Positions 30,090-37,787 of a stretch of 64,000 bases of DNA are shown one piece after another (within the stretch, counting starts at the first letter, position 1; every line of letters begins with the position of its first letter). The notes below the pieces were generated by a model, which made no database searches, was not told the origin of the DNA, and worked only from the letters and a program-made list of their open reading frames with translations. A program made the position numbers and the translations under genes. Source of the stretch: Pirellulaceae bacterium (GTDB taxonomy: Bacteria > Planctomycetota > Planctomycetia > Pirellulales > Pirellulaceae). Location of the stretch: the NCBI GenBank assembly GCA_035512595.1, contig DATKDU010000207.1, forward strand, positions 4,889 to 68,888, in the 5' to 3' direction.

Positions 30090-30875
30090 ATGAAATGGAA
30101 CATTCTGGTTGGATCGTTGGTACTAAGCGCTTGCGCTTGTACCCAGAGTTATGGTTTTGAGCTGCTGGACCGCATGCTCGGTGTCAGTGGCTGCGGCTGC
30201 GAAAGCAGTTGCTGCGAATCGAAAGGCTGCCGGTCGCGTTGCGTGCGCGTAAAGTGCTGCAACTCGTCCTGTGGCAATGGCTGTGCGAAAGCCGCGCCGA
30301 GCTGTGCAGCTCCGACGTGTGCCGCCCCAGCCCCCACGTGTGCGGCTCCCGCCCCCACCTGTGCCGCGAAGGCCCCGACCTGCGCCGCTGATCCTAGCTG
30401 CGAAGCGAAGGCCGGCTGCAACAACGGCTGCCGCGACCGCTGCAAGCGTGGTTGCCTGCTCGATCGGCTCTTCTCGTGCAACAAGCGCTGCCACAACGGT
30501 TGCGGCAATGGTTGTGCGAAGGCCGCCCCGAGCTGTGCCGCGAAGGCCCCGACCTGCGCCGCGGCTCCTAGCTGCGGAGCCAAGGCCGCTTGCCACAACG
30601 GCTGCCGTGACCGCTGCCATCGCGGTTGCCTGCTTGATCGGCTCTTCTCGTGCAACAAGCGCTGCAACAACGGTTGCAGCAACGGTTGTGCGAAGGCCGC
30701 TCCGACCTGTGCCGCTCCGGCCCCGGCTTGCGGCTGCGACGCTGCGGCTCCCGGCAAGGCGCACGCCGCTGGTGGGGACATTGCCCCGATGCCGCCGGCC
30801 CCGGTGGTCGATCCCTCGGCCTACCTGTCCGCTCAACGTCGGGTCGTTCCGGCCTCGGCGACCTTGGTCCGCTAA
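30090..30875 (+). CDS. secreted cysteine-rich tandem-repeat protein
   Basis: ATG 30090 (MKWNILVGSLVLSACA signal peptide). About 40 Cys in 261 aa. Two near-identical 58-aa (174-bp) repeats CxNGCRDRCxRGCLLDRLFSCNKRCxNGCxNGCAKAAP(S/T)CAA plus a degenerate first copy. Confidence 0.75.
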   Translation: MKWNILVGSLVLSACACTQSYGFELLDRMLGVSGCGCESSCCESKGCRSRCVRVKCCNSSCGNGCAKAAPSCAAPTCAAPAPTCAAPAPTCAAKAPTCAADPSCEAKAGCNNGCRDRCKRGCLLDRLFSCNKRCHNGCGNGCAKAAPSCAAKAPTCAAAPSCGAKAACHNGCRDRCHRGCLLDRLFSCNKRCNNGCSNGCAKAAPTCAAPAPACGCDAAAPGKAHAAGGDIAPMPPAPVVDPSAYLSAQRRVVPASATLVR

Positions 30876-30909
30876 GGTCACGAGCAGCCTGTAAGGCTTT
30901 GACCATTAC

Positions 30910-30948
30910 GGCCTGCCACGGTGAAAACCTGGCAGGCCGTTTTTTTTT
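30910..30948 (+). terminator. Rho-independent terminator
   Basis: ggcctgcca-cggtgaaaacc-tggcaggcc followed by a T9 run. Confidence 0.9.
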
Positions 30949-31106
30949 GCGCTGACCTGTCGCCTGAGTCAGGGGTCAGGAGTCAGGGGTCGGGTGTGAT
31001 AACGAATCGGCGCTTTTTCTGCGCCAAAAGACGGCCACTAAGTCATCCTGCAACCGCTTAGAGAAATCACAGGATTTTCTTTAATAAGCTCTTCTGCCTC
31101 CAACGC

Positions 31107-31598
31107 ATGCGCATCGGAATCTTTGCCGACACTCACGACCACCTGGCCAACATCCGTTTGGCCGTGGAGCGGTTCAACGACGAGGAAGTCGAACTGGTCC
31201 TTTTCGCCGGCGATCTAGTCTCGACGTTTGCCGTGCCGCCGCTGAGAAAGCTCCACGCGCCGCTCGTCGCCTGTTTCGGCGACAACGAAGGGAACAAGCC
31301 GGGACTCCTGGCCGGCTTTCGGCTCGTCGGCACGCTGAGCGAGCCCCCGGTGCGGCTGGTCACCGACGACGGCACGCGTTTCGTCCTGGCGCACATGAAG
31401 CGGCAATTGCGCAGCCTGGATGCCGACTACGACGTCGCCATTTTCGGCCACACGCACAAGCCGCGCATCGAGCGCGACGAATCCGGCCGGCTCCTCATCA
31501 ACCCCGGCGAAACGAGCGGCTGGACCTTCGGCCGCTCCACGATCGCCTTGTATGACACCGTGTTGCGGCAAGCGGAGTTGTGGGATTTGGGGCAATGA
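31107..31598 (+). CDS. YfcE/MJ0936-family metallophosphoesterase
   Basis: MRIGIFADTHDH, FAGDLVS, GDNEGN and FGHTHKP motifs. Confidence 0.85.
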   Translation: MRIGIFADTHDHLANIRLAVERFNDEEVELVLFAGDLVSTFAVPPLRKLHAPLVACFGDNEGNKPGLLAGFRLVGTLSEPPVRLVTDDGTRFVLAHMKRQLRSLDADYDVAIFGHTHKPRIERDESGRLLINPGETSGWTFGRSTIALYDTVLRQAELWDLGQ

Positions 31599-31831
31599 AA
31601 TGCCGCCGAATGGAGATTTCAACCGGCTCGCCCGGTTGGCAACCCATTCGGAGGGCTCGTAGCGACGCCCCCCAGGATCCCCTTCCATCGGTGATCCGGC
31701 CCGAAAGATCGGCAAACTTCGCACGACCGTCCCGGCAGAAGAGCTACTAGCGACCTAAACTTTCGTAGCGCAGCGACCGCCCGCGGTTGCAAGGGGCGTC
31801 TGGGACAACTCCGGCAAGGGAGAACGGCTTG

Positions 31832-34057
31832 ATGAACGGTCGAAGACCGCAGTGCGCGGTTCGTCACGGCGACCCGCGCGTGCTGAGCCTCCGCCGTCAA
31901 TTGATCATGCTCGGCGCGGCCCTGCTGATCGGGACTGGCGCGGTAGTCTCGATGGCGCTCTGCGCGTTTGCCTCGGCTGGCCTGTGGCGCAGCGCTGGCG
32001 TGGCCGGCGCGATCTTCGCCGCGCTCGTGCTGTGCCTGGTGCTGGCCTGGCGATTGGTCGCACGGTGCCTGGGAATTCTCGATGATCTGGTGCGGGCACT
32101 GAAGCGGGTGGCGCTGGGCGACTTGAACCACCGGTTGGACGAGGGGGGGTGCGCCGAGATGCGCCGCGTGGCGAGCGCCTTTAACCTTGCCGTCCAGAAC
32201 TCCGCCCGCCGGGCGGAAGACCTGAAACGATCTTCGGTCAAGCGGGTGCAAGCGGCAATCGAGCTGCGCGAGTCGCGCGAGCTGGCAATCGCAATCCAGG
32301 AGACGGCCCTCGACTCGATCATCACCATCGACTCCCGCGGCATGATCGTCGCCTTCAACGCGGCAGCCGAGGCCACGTTTGGATTCAAAGCGTCCCAGGC
32401 GATCGGCCAGGACGTCGCCGGATTGATTGTGCCCGAGCGCTTTCGCGAGCCTTATCGCCGCGGCCTGGCCCACTTTCTGGAGACGGGCGAAGCGCCCATC
32501 CTGGGTAAGCGCGTCGAAATGCCGGCCCTCCGCGCCAGCGGCGAGGAGTTTCCCGTCGAGGTGGCGATCGTCGCCAACCAGCTCCGGGGGCTCGTCTGCT
32601 TCACCGCCACGATCCGCGACCTTACCGACCGGAAACGGGCCGAGAAAGAGCTGGCCCGCGCGGCCATGTACGACAGGCTGACCGGTTTGCCTAACCGCTC
32701 GCTGCTGTTGGACCTGGTGCAGCAGGCCCTGGACCGGGCCGGCCGCTGGCGCGGAATGCTGGCCCTGATGTTTCTCGACTTCGACCGGTTCAAGCTTATC
32801 AACGATGGCCTGGGGCACGACGTCGGCGACGCCCTGCTGTGCGAAATCGCCGCCCGGCTGACGAGCGAGCTGCGGTGCGGCGATTCCGTGAGCCGGTCGG
32901 AGTCGGGGACTTCCGCGGCGCGGATGGGGGGGGACGAGTTCGTCGTGATGCTCGAGCCGATCCGCGAGGCCGAGGACGCGCTCACCGCGGCCGATCGGCT
33001 GCTGGCGGCCCTATCGCGGCCGTACCGCCTGGGCCCGCACGAAGTTTTCGTCACGGCGAGCATCGGGATCGTCGTGGCGCAGGGAGACTACGAGCGGGCG
33101 GAAGACCTGATCCGCGACGCTGACACGGCCATGTACGAAGCCAAACGCGCCGGCAAGGCCCGCTATGCGGTGTTCGACGAGGAAATGCGGATGCGGGTCC
33201 AAAGGCGCCATCTGCTCGAGAACGAGCTGCGGCGGGCCATCGAAGGGGAGCAGTTCACGCTCGCCTATCAGCCGATCGTGTCGCTCGAGAACGGCCGTCT
33301 GAAGAGCGTCGAGGCTTTGCTCCGCTGGCTGCACCCGGCGCAGGGGTCCATCTCGCCCGCGGAGTTCATTCCCATCGCCGAGGAATCCGACCTGATCTTG
33401 CACATCGGGCGGTGGGTTCTGAAGGAAGCCACACGGCAGATGGCGGAGTGGATCCACCGGCTGGGGCCGGCCGCGCCCCCCACGGTCAGCATCAACCTTT
33501 CCCGCAAGCAGTTCGCGCAAAGCGACCTGGCCGAGCAGGTCCACGCCGCGGCCGCCGACGCCGGCTTGCCTCCCAACCGCATTCAACTCGAAATCACGGA
33601 GGATACGTTCGCCAGCGACGTTCGCTCGGCAATTGCCACCATGAATGAAATCAAGGGGCTGGGCTTCTTGCTGGCCATCGATGATTTTGGCTCCGGCTGC
33701 TCGTCGTTCGCGTCGCTGCACGAGTTTCCTGCCGACGTGCTGAAGCTCGACCGTTCGCTGCTCCTCGATATCGAGACCAGCAAGCAGACGGCGGCCCTGG
33801 TTCATGCCCTGGCCATCCTCGCCAATAATCTGGGATTGGCGATCGTCGCCGAGGGGGTGGAGCGCGAGTCCGAAGTCATCATACTCCGCGAACTCGGATG
33901 CCATTTCGGCCAGGGCTTCTACTTTGCCCGGCCCCTTTCGCCGGACGCCTTTGCCGAGTTCGCCCTGCGGCGAATCGCCGAAGAAAGCAGCGTGATTCCC
34001 GCGGCATCGCTGGAGCGACGCTGGGCGGAACTAGAGTTCCCCGCGGTCAAGGTCTGA
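31832..34057 (+). CDS. membrane HAMP-PAS-GGDEF-EAL signalling protein
   Basis: ATG 31832 with AAGGGAG RBS. RMGGDEFVV (GGDEF), VEALLRW (EAL), DDFGSG and a PAS segment (IDSRGMIVAFNAAAE). Confidence 0.9.
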   Translation: MNGRRPQCAVRHGDPRVLSLRRQLIMLGAALLIGTGAVVSMALCAFASAGLWRSAGVAGAIFAALVLCLVLAWRLVARCLGILDDLVRALKRVALGDLNHRLDEGGCAEMRRVASAFNLAVQNSARRAEDLKRSSVKRVQAAIELRESRELAIAIQETALDSIITIDSRGMIVAFNAAAEATFGFKASQAIGQDVAGLIVPERFREPYRRGLAHFLETGEAPILGKRVEMPALRASGEEFPVEVAIVANQLRGLVCFTATIRDLTDRKRAEKELARAAMYDRLTGLPNRSLLLDLVQQALDRAGRWRGMLALMFLDFDRFKLINDGLGHDVGDALLCEIAARLTSELRCGDSVSRSESGTSAARMGGDEFVVMLEPIREAEDALTAADRLLAALSRPYRLGPHEVFVTASIGIVVAQGDYERAEDLIRDADTAMYEAKRAGKARYAVFDEEMRMRVQRRHLLENELRRAIEGEQFTLAYQPIVSLENGRLKSVEALLRWLHPAQGSISPAEFIPIAEESDLILHIGRWVLKEATRQMAEWIHRLGPAAPPTVSINLSRKQFAQSDLAEQVHAAAADAGLPPNRIQLEITEDTFASDVRSAIATMNEIKGLGFLLAIDDFGSGCSSFASLHEFPADVLKLDRSLLLDIETSKQTAALVHALAILANNLGLAIVAEGVERESEVIILRELGCHFGQGFYFARPLSPDAFAEFALRRIAEESSVIPAASLERRWAELEFPAVKV

Positions 34058-34138
34058 ACCAGGAGTGACTGCCGTAAAGGGTCAGTCGGTAGTTGGGCGC
34101 TAGATCGGGAGAGACCTGGTGCGGGTCTCCATTTGGCT

Positions 34139-34160
34139 AAAAACGGTATGTACCGTTTTT
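34139..34160. terminator. bidirectional A5-stem-T5 terminator hairpin
   Basis: aaaaacggta-tg-taccgttttt, 80 bp after the GGDEF-EAL stop. Confidence 0.7.
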
Positions 34161-34233
34161 CTTGCCGGGAAAACGCCGCACTGCCCAACGTGAGCAGGTA
34201 ATCTAACTCGTGACTTCAGCTTGAGTTCCAACC

Positions 34234-34279
34234 AGAGCGACGGACGGGGCTCGAACCCGCGACATCCAGCTTGGGAAGC
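34234..34279 (-). repeat. att repeat: partial copy (3' half, anticodon loop to discriminator) of tRNA-Gly(CCC)
   Basis: agagcgacggacggggctcgaacccgcgacatccagcttgggaagc matches 54503-54548 at 44 of 46 positions. The 5' half of the tRNA is absent here. Confidence 0.9.
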
Positions 34280-34498
34280 AATGAGCAGGATGCCGCAAGT
34301 GAGAACCTGCCCGAACTTACGACGAGCAAATCGGCAGCTTGTACCAACGCTTGTACCGGCGAGGCGAAAAACGCCGAATTGGTGGCACCCGATCCGCAAG
34401 TGACGTTGATCATCGAGCGGTGGCCGCAGCTCACGCTCGCTGCCCGCCAAGCGGTGATGCAGATCGTGCTCGCCAACGCGCCGCACGGGGACGTCTGA
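34271..34498 (+). other. orphan ORF in the integrase reading frame across the att repeat (possible detached integrase 3' end)
   Basis: Begins TTG GGA AGC inside the att copy, the same codon phase as TTG GGA AGC TAG at the integrase end (54540-54551). Encodes ...ELVAPDPQVTLIIERWPQLTLAARQAVMQIVLANAPHGDV. Confidence 0.4.
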
Positions 34499-34722
34499 TG
34501 CCCACCGTCCGACATGGGCCAAATCCTGCTGGTGGTGTCCCAGCGACGATGACCGATCAGGATCCGGCCTTTCCACACTGGCGGCAAGCTGCGCCGTCCC
34601 TTCGCGGTCCAGCACAGCGGCAGAGGAACCTCCAGTGGCCAGCGTCGATTCGTTGTGGTTTTATCGTCGTCTGCTCGACCAGCCTGTTGGCGAGCCCCAA
34701 CTACCTCAGCGGGAAAGGACGA

Positions 34723-35151
34723 ATGATGGAACTGACAACCAGAGAACAAGCTACCGCCGTGCGGCTCGGAGAAGCATTGGCACAATTCCTCGTGGCGCTG
34801 GAAGAAGGTGCGGCCGCCCGCCAGGCGAAGCGACTGCTGAAGGACTCGCCCCCTTCGAGGGACCGCTCGACTACCAGCGAGCCGCAAAGCGGGAAGGAGC
34901 CGCCGGCGATGAAGGCGACGCCGACGACGATTCCAATTCAGCCGACAATCGGGATAGGCAGGGCGGAGCCCGAGCGGTTGCTCGTTGGCAGCCGAGAAGC
35001 AGCAAAGCTTCTTTCGATCAGCACTCGCTGCTTATGGGGGATGACCGCGCCCCGCGGTCCGCTACCGGCCGTCTACATGGGCAGGAGGGTCTTGTACGCC
35101 GTCGCCGACCTTGCCGCGGCCGTCGAGAAGCTGACGAAACGACAACGATAA
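34723..35151 (+). CDS. excisionase/MerR-like HTH DNA-binding protein
   Basis: C-terminal LLVGSREAAKLLSISTRCLWGMTAPRGPLPAVYMGRRVLYAVADLAAAV resembles excisionase-family HTH. Start is uncertain (ATG 34723 with RBS; alternative 34498). Confidence 0.6.
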   Translation: MMELTTREQATAVRLGEALAQFLVALEEGAAARQAKRLLKDSPPSRDRSTTSEPQSGKEPPAMKATPTTIPIQPTIGIGRAEPERLLVGSREAAKLLSISTRCLWGMTAPRGPLPAVYMGRRVLYAVADLAAAVEKLTKRQR

Positions 35152-35292
35152 GCCGGCGCCAAAAGGGGGGCCCCAACGCTCGGCGGATTTTGAGCCAGAC
35201 CCCCGGGGCTTCGCGGGTCCCCAAGGGCTGGCATAGTACCCTCGCAGAAATGTGCGTTTTTTGACCCTTCCACAAACCAGAAAGGACTAGAC

Positions 35293-35880
35293 ATGAACGA
35301 GAGCAAGATCGCGGCCACGGACCGCCTGCGCAAGGAAGGCCGCTGGGATGAAGCGTCCCGCTTTCGGGACGACGTCCGCAAGAAATTGCGGGAGGAGGGC
35401 TTGGCCCGAAATGAGGCCAGTGAAAAGGCGTGGCAGTCAATGCTCGACAAATTTCCGCCAAACCAGGAACCGGCCAACACGCGGAGCCTGCCGCGCCTGG
35501 AAATAGACGACGAGTCGTTGAAGGCCCTTGCTGAGCGAACACGAGACAAACGTGTGAATCTGGACGAGGACATCATCTGGGCCTATCTGAACTTGCGGAA
35601 CGAGAAGGTGTGCTTGGAAACGGCGCCCTCGATGGGTGCATTGACGATGCTGGATTACGCACGGGAGTTCCCCGACAACTTCTATCGCAATGTCCTCACC
35701 AAGGTTCGCGACTCCAAGACCAGCGAGCCGGAAAGTGGAGCGGAGATTCCGCGCAAAAGCATTGACGAGCTAAGGGCCTTGGCGGTGAGTCTCCGGGAAG
35801 AGTTGGAGCGGGAGCTGGCATCGAGGGAAGGCGAAGGAATGGCGTCCGTCCCGACGGTAGGCGGCCGTCTGACGCCTTGA
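35293..35880 (+). CDS. hypothetical island protein
   Basis: 195-aa charged/helical ORF starting MNESKIAATDRLRKEGRWDEASRFRDDVRKKL. No family assigned. Confidence 0.55.
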   Translation: MNESKIAATDRLRKEGRWDEASRFRDDVRKKLREEGLARNEASEKAWQSMLDKFPPNQEPANTRSLPRLEIDDESLKALAERTRDKRVNLDEDIIWAYLNLRNEKVCLETAPSMGALTMLDYAREFPDNFYRNVLTKVRDSKTSEPESGAEIPRKSIDELRALAVSLREELERELASREGEGMASVPTVGGRLTP

Positions 35881-36056
35881 AGGTTCGCCGCTCCTGCGTG
35901 GAAAGCCCGTGCGCCAACTCGTCACTCCGGCTCCGCGATTTCGACGCACGGGGGCCCGAGCCATACCCACGCCCCGACCCTACTGATCCCGTCGTTGGCT
36001 CGCTAGGTGAACTCCCTTGATGCGCAGTGGACTATCAACTTCCGTCGTGAGCGGGA

Positions 36057-36296
36057 CTACGAACACGTCTTCGCACGCTTCGAGTTCGTGTGCTGCCCGC
36101 GGATTGCATGGTGAAGGCCGGCAGTATTTGCGCCACTGCGCTTTGGAAAGTCGGCAGCCACTCCCAGGCAGAGCCCCTGATCCAGAACCTGCTGGGCGAC
36201 GCGACGCCAGAGTCCTGACGCCGTCGTTAGCGACAACAGCCCCGAGTTCTTGATGCCCTGCGACTTCTTCTGGTTGACCATGCCCGGTAGCCTCAT
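36057..36296 (-). CDS. possible 79-aa coupled ORF, or a frameshifted continuation of the disrupted gene upstream
   Basis: ATG 36296-36294 overlaps the TGA of the upstream frame (ATGA). MRLPGMVNQKKSQGIKNSGLLSLTTASGLWRRVAQQVLDQGL. Confidence 0.3.
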   Translation of the reverse strand: MRLPGMVNQKKSQGIKNSGLLSLTTASGLWRRVAQQVLDQGLCLGVAADFPKRSGANTAGLHHAIRGQHTNSKRAKTCS

Positions 36297-36953
36297 CGCC
36301 GGCCGCGGAAAACCTTCGGACACGTCGGCGGGGACGGGAAGAAGCTGAACATGCCACCAACCGGATCCCCGGCCGTCGCCCCTTCATAAAGCCGGAAATC
36401 CATAGGTATATCCAGCGGCGCGATGGCCGCGTTGTGGTACAGCGCCGGCACGGGAAGCGATCGATGGTTGTGGCGGTTGTAGGTCCACCCCCGCGACACC
36501 ACGAAGACGGTATCGAGGACGAAATCGCCCTGCCGGCGGGAGCCGAACAGGACCACCGACCCTGGCGCCAGCGTCAGCAGACTGGGGTGCGACGGCTGCT
36601 GACAGATGCAGTAGCGAAAACGGTCGCCGAAGACGCAAGGGTCACTATTGGTGTGCCCATTGAATCGCTTCCTGGGGCGAATCCACGGCCGAAACAGGAA
36701 TTGGGGATGACCCGCACTCGGCCGCGGGTCGAACCGGCCGACCGCTTCCGCCTCGCATTCCCATTCGCACCAAAAGTGGAGGTCGGCCCGCGTGGGCTCG
36801 TCATCAAGTCGTCGCAGGAACTTTCCACGCTGGACGACGAATGTCCGCCGGTGCTGGCCCGTGTTCCACGGCTTCCAGCCGTTGGCCTCGGGCCGGTGCT
36901 CGACGCCGGGATGGAGGAATTGGACGAAGCGGACGGATTCGGGGGGGAGTCAT
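36293..36953 (-). pseudogene. disrupted conserved ORF (frameshift at a C7 tract after codon 2)
   Basis: My translation of the frame of track ORF 36293..36556, extended upstream, reads ESVRFVQFLHPGVEHRPEANGWKPWNTGQHRRTFVV...LHFWCEWECEAE...DPCVFGDRFRYCICQQ... It has no ATG/GTG/TTG for ~130 codons. The only ATG (36953) is one frame off, separated by CCCCCCC (plus-strand G7 at 36941-36947). Confidence 0.6.
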
Positions 36954-36961
36954 CAGCACTG

Positions 36962-37747
36962 CTACGGCATTGGCGCGATTACAACCTTTACGCAGAAACC
37001 ATCGGTTGTCCTCGAAAGGTCCGCCTCCAGGCCCGCTGGATTCGCAATGCGGTTTTCGGGGTCGTACACGAAACAGATTAGGTACTTGCAGCCAGGGTGT
37101 CTTTGATACTTGGCGATATCCAAAATCAGTTCTTCCCCGATCTTCCTTGCGTCCAGTCCTTTTCGCGTCTTTTTCAATTCAACGACGATCTGTGAATCCT
37201 TGAGCAGAAAGTCCATCCGTGCGGAACCACCCGCATAGCTTGGCGTCCATTCCTCGGCACGAATGTCGTCGAAGAACAACCTCAAGAGCGAGTGCATTAG
37301 GTCCTGCACGTCGTATTCATCAGTAATGTCGAGCGTGGGACGATCGGCGTGTCGCGCACGAAGCTGTCGAACCACGGCATGAAAGCGATTGCAAATCTGC
37401 TCGACAATCGCCACGGATTCCTCAAGATCGGCCTCCGCGTGGCGAACCTCAGGCATTCCAAACTGTTCGATCTCCCAAATAAACGAGCGAAGAACTTTTT
37501 TAGACTTGTCAACTCCCGCCTTGAAAGCTTGGATCTCTGGATTAGGATCACCGAGTCGGCAGATGCCGTAAAACTGAAAATCGACCGTCATTAAGTCCTG
37601 GGAATGGTGGGAGTCTTCCCCGAAGATCTGATCGAGGACTGTGCGGCACTTTCGTCGCCAGGCATCGACATTCGTCGGCTTCCGCTTTACGGCATCGGCC
37701 TCTTCGATCAAGCCTTTGATCAGGGTAGTTGCGGCGGCTGCATCCAC
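36962..37747 (-). CDS. PD-(D/E)XK nuclease-fold protein
   Basis: 261 aa. C-terminal half YDVQDLMHSLLRLFFDDIRAEEWTPSYAGGSARMDFLLKDSQIVVELKKTRKG fits a D...(D/E)xK core (D in MDF, ELK). Helical N-terminal half. AT-richer than its surroundings by eye. Confidence 0.7.
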   Translation of the reverse strand: MDAAAATTLIKGLIEEADAVKRKPTNVDAWRRKCRTVLDQIFGEDSHHSQDLMTVDFQFYGICRLGDPNPEIQAFKAGVDKSKKVLRSFIWEIEQFGMPEVRHAEADLEESVAIVEQICNRFHAVVRQLRARHADRPTLDITDEYDVQDLMHSLLRLFFDDIRAEEWTPSYAGGSARMDFLLKDSQIVVELKKTRKGLDARKIGEELILDIAKYQRHPGCKYLICFVYDPENRIANPAGLEADLSRTTDGFCVKVVIAPMP

Positions 37748-37787
37748 GGAGGTGGTTACTCCCTTCCCATCCAGAACCCGGTCATCG

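Noticed and set aside
30123-30894. Alternative-frame and antisense ORFs over the Cys-rich gene (30123..30881-, 30149..30781-, 30271..30894+).
   Set aside because: They are open only because of the GC-rich tandem repeats. Only the 30090 frame has a signal peptide, an ATG with upstream purine-rich sequence, and a terminator right after its stop.
34234-34279. A second tRNA-Gly gene.
   Set aside because: Only the 3' half (anticodon loop to discriminator) is present. The upstream sequence cannot form the acceptor and D arms. It is interpreted as the att duplication.
36941-36947. Confident call of phase variation at the G7/C7 tract.
   Set aside because: A single sequence cannot show length heterogeneity. 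The tract is short for efficient slippage, and the downstream frame change may indicate ordinary decay. Reported only as one of three alternatives.
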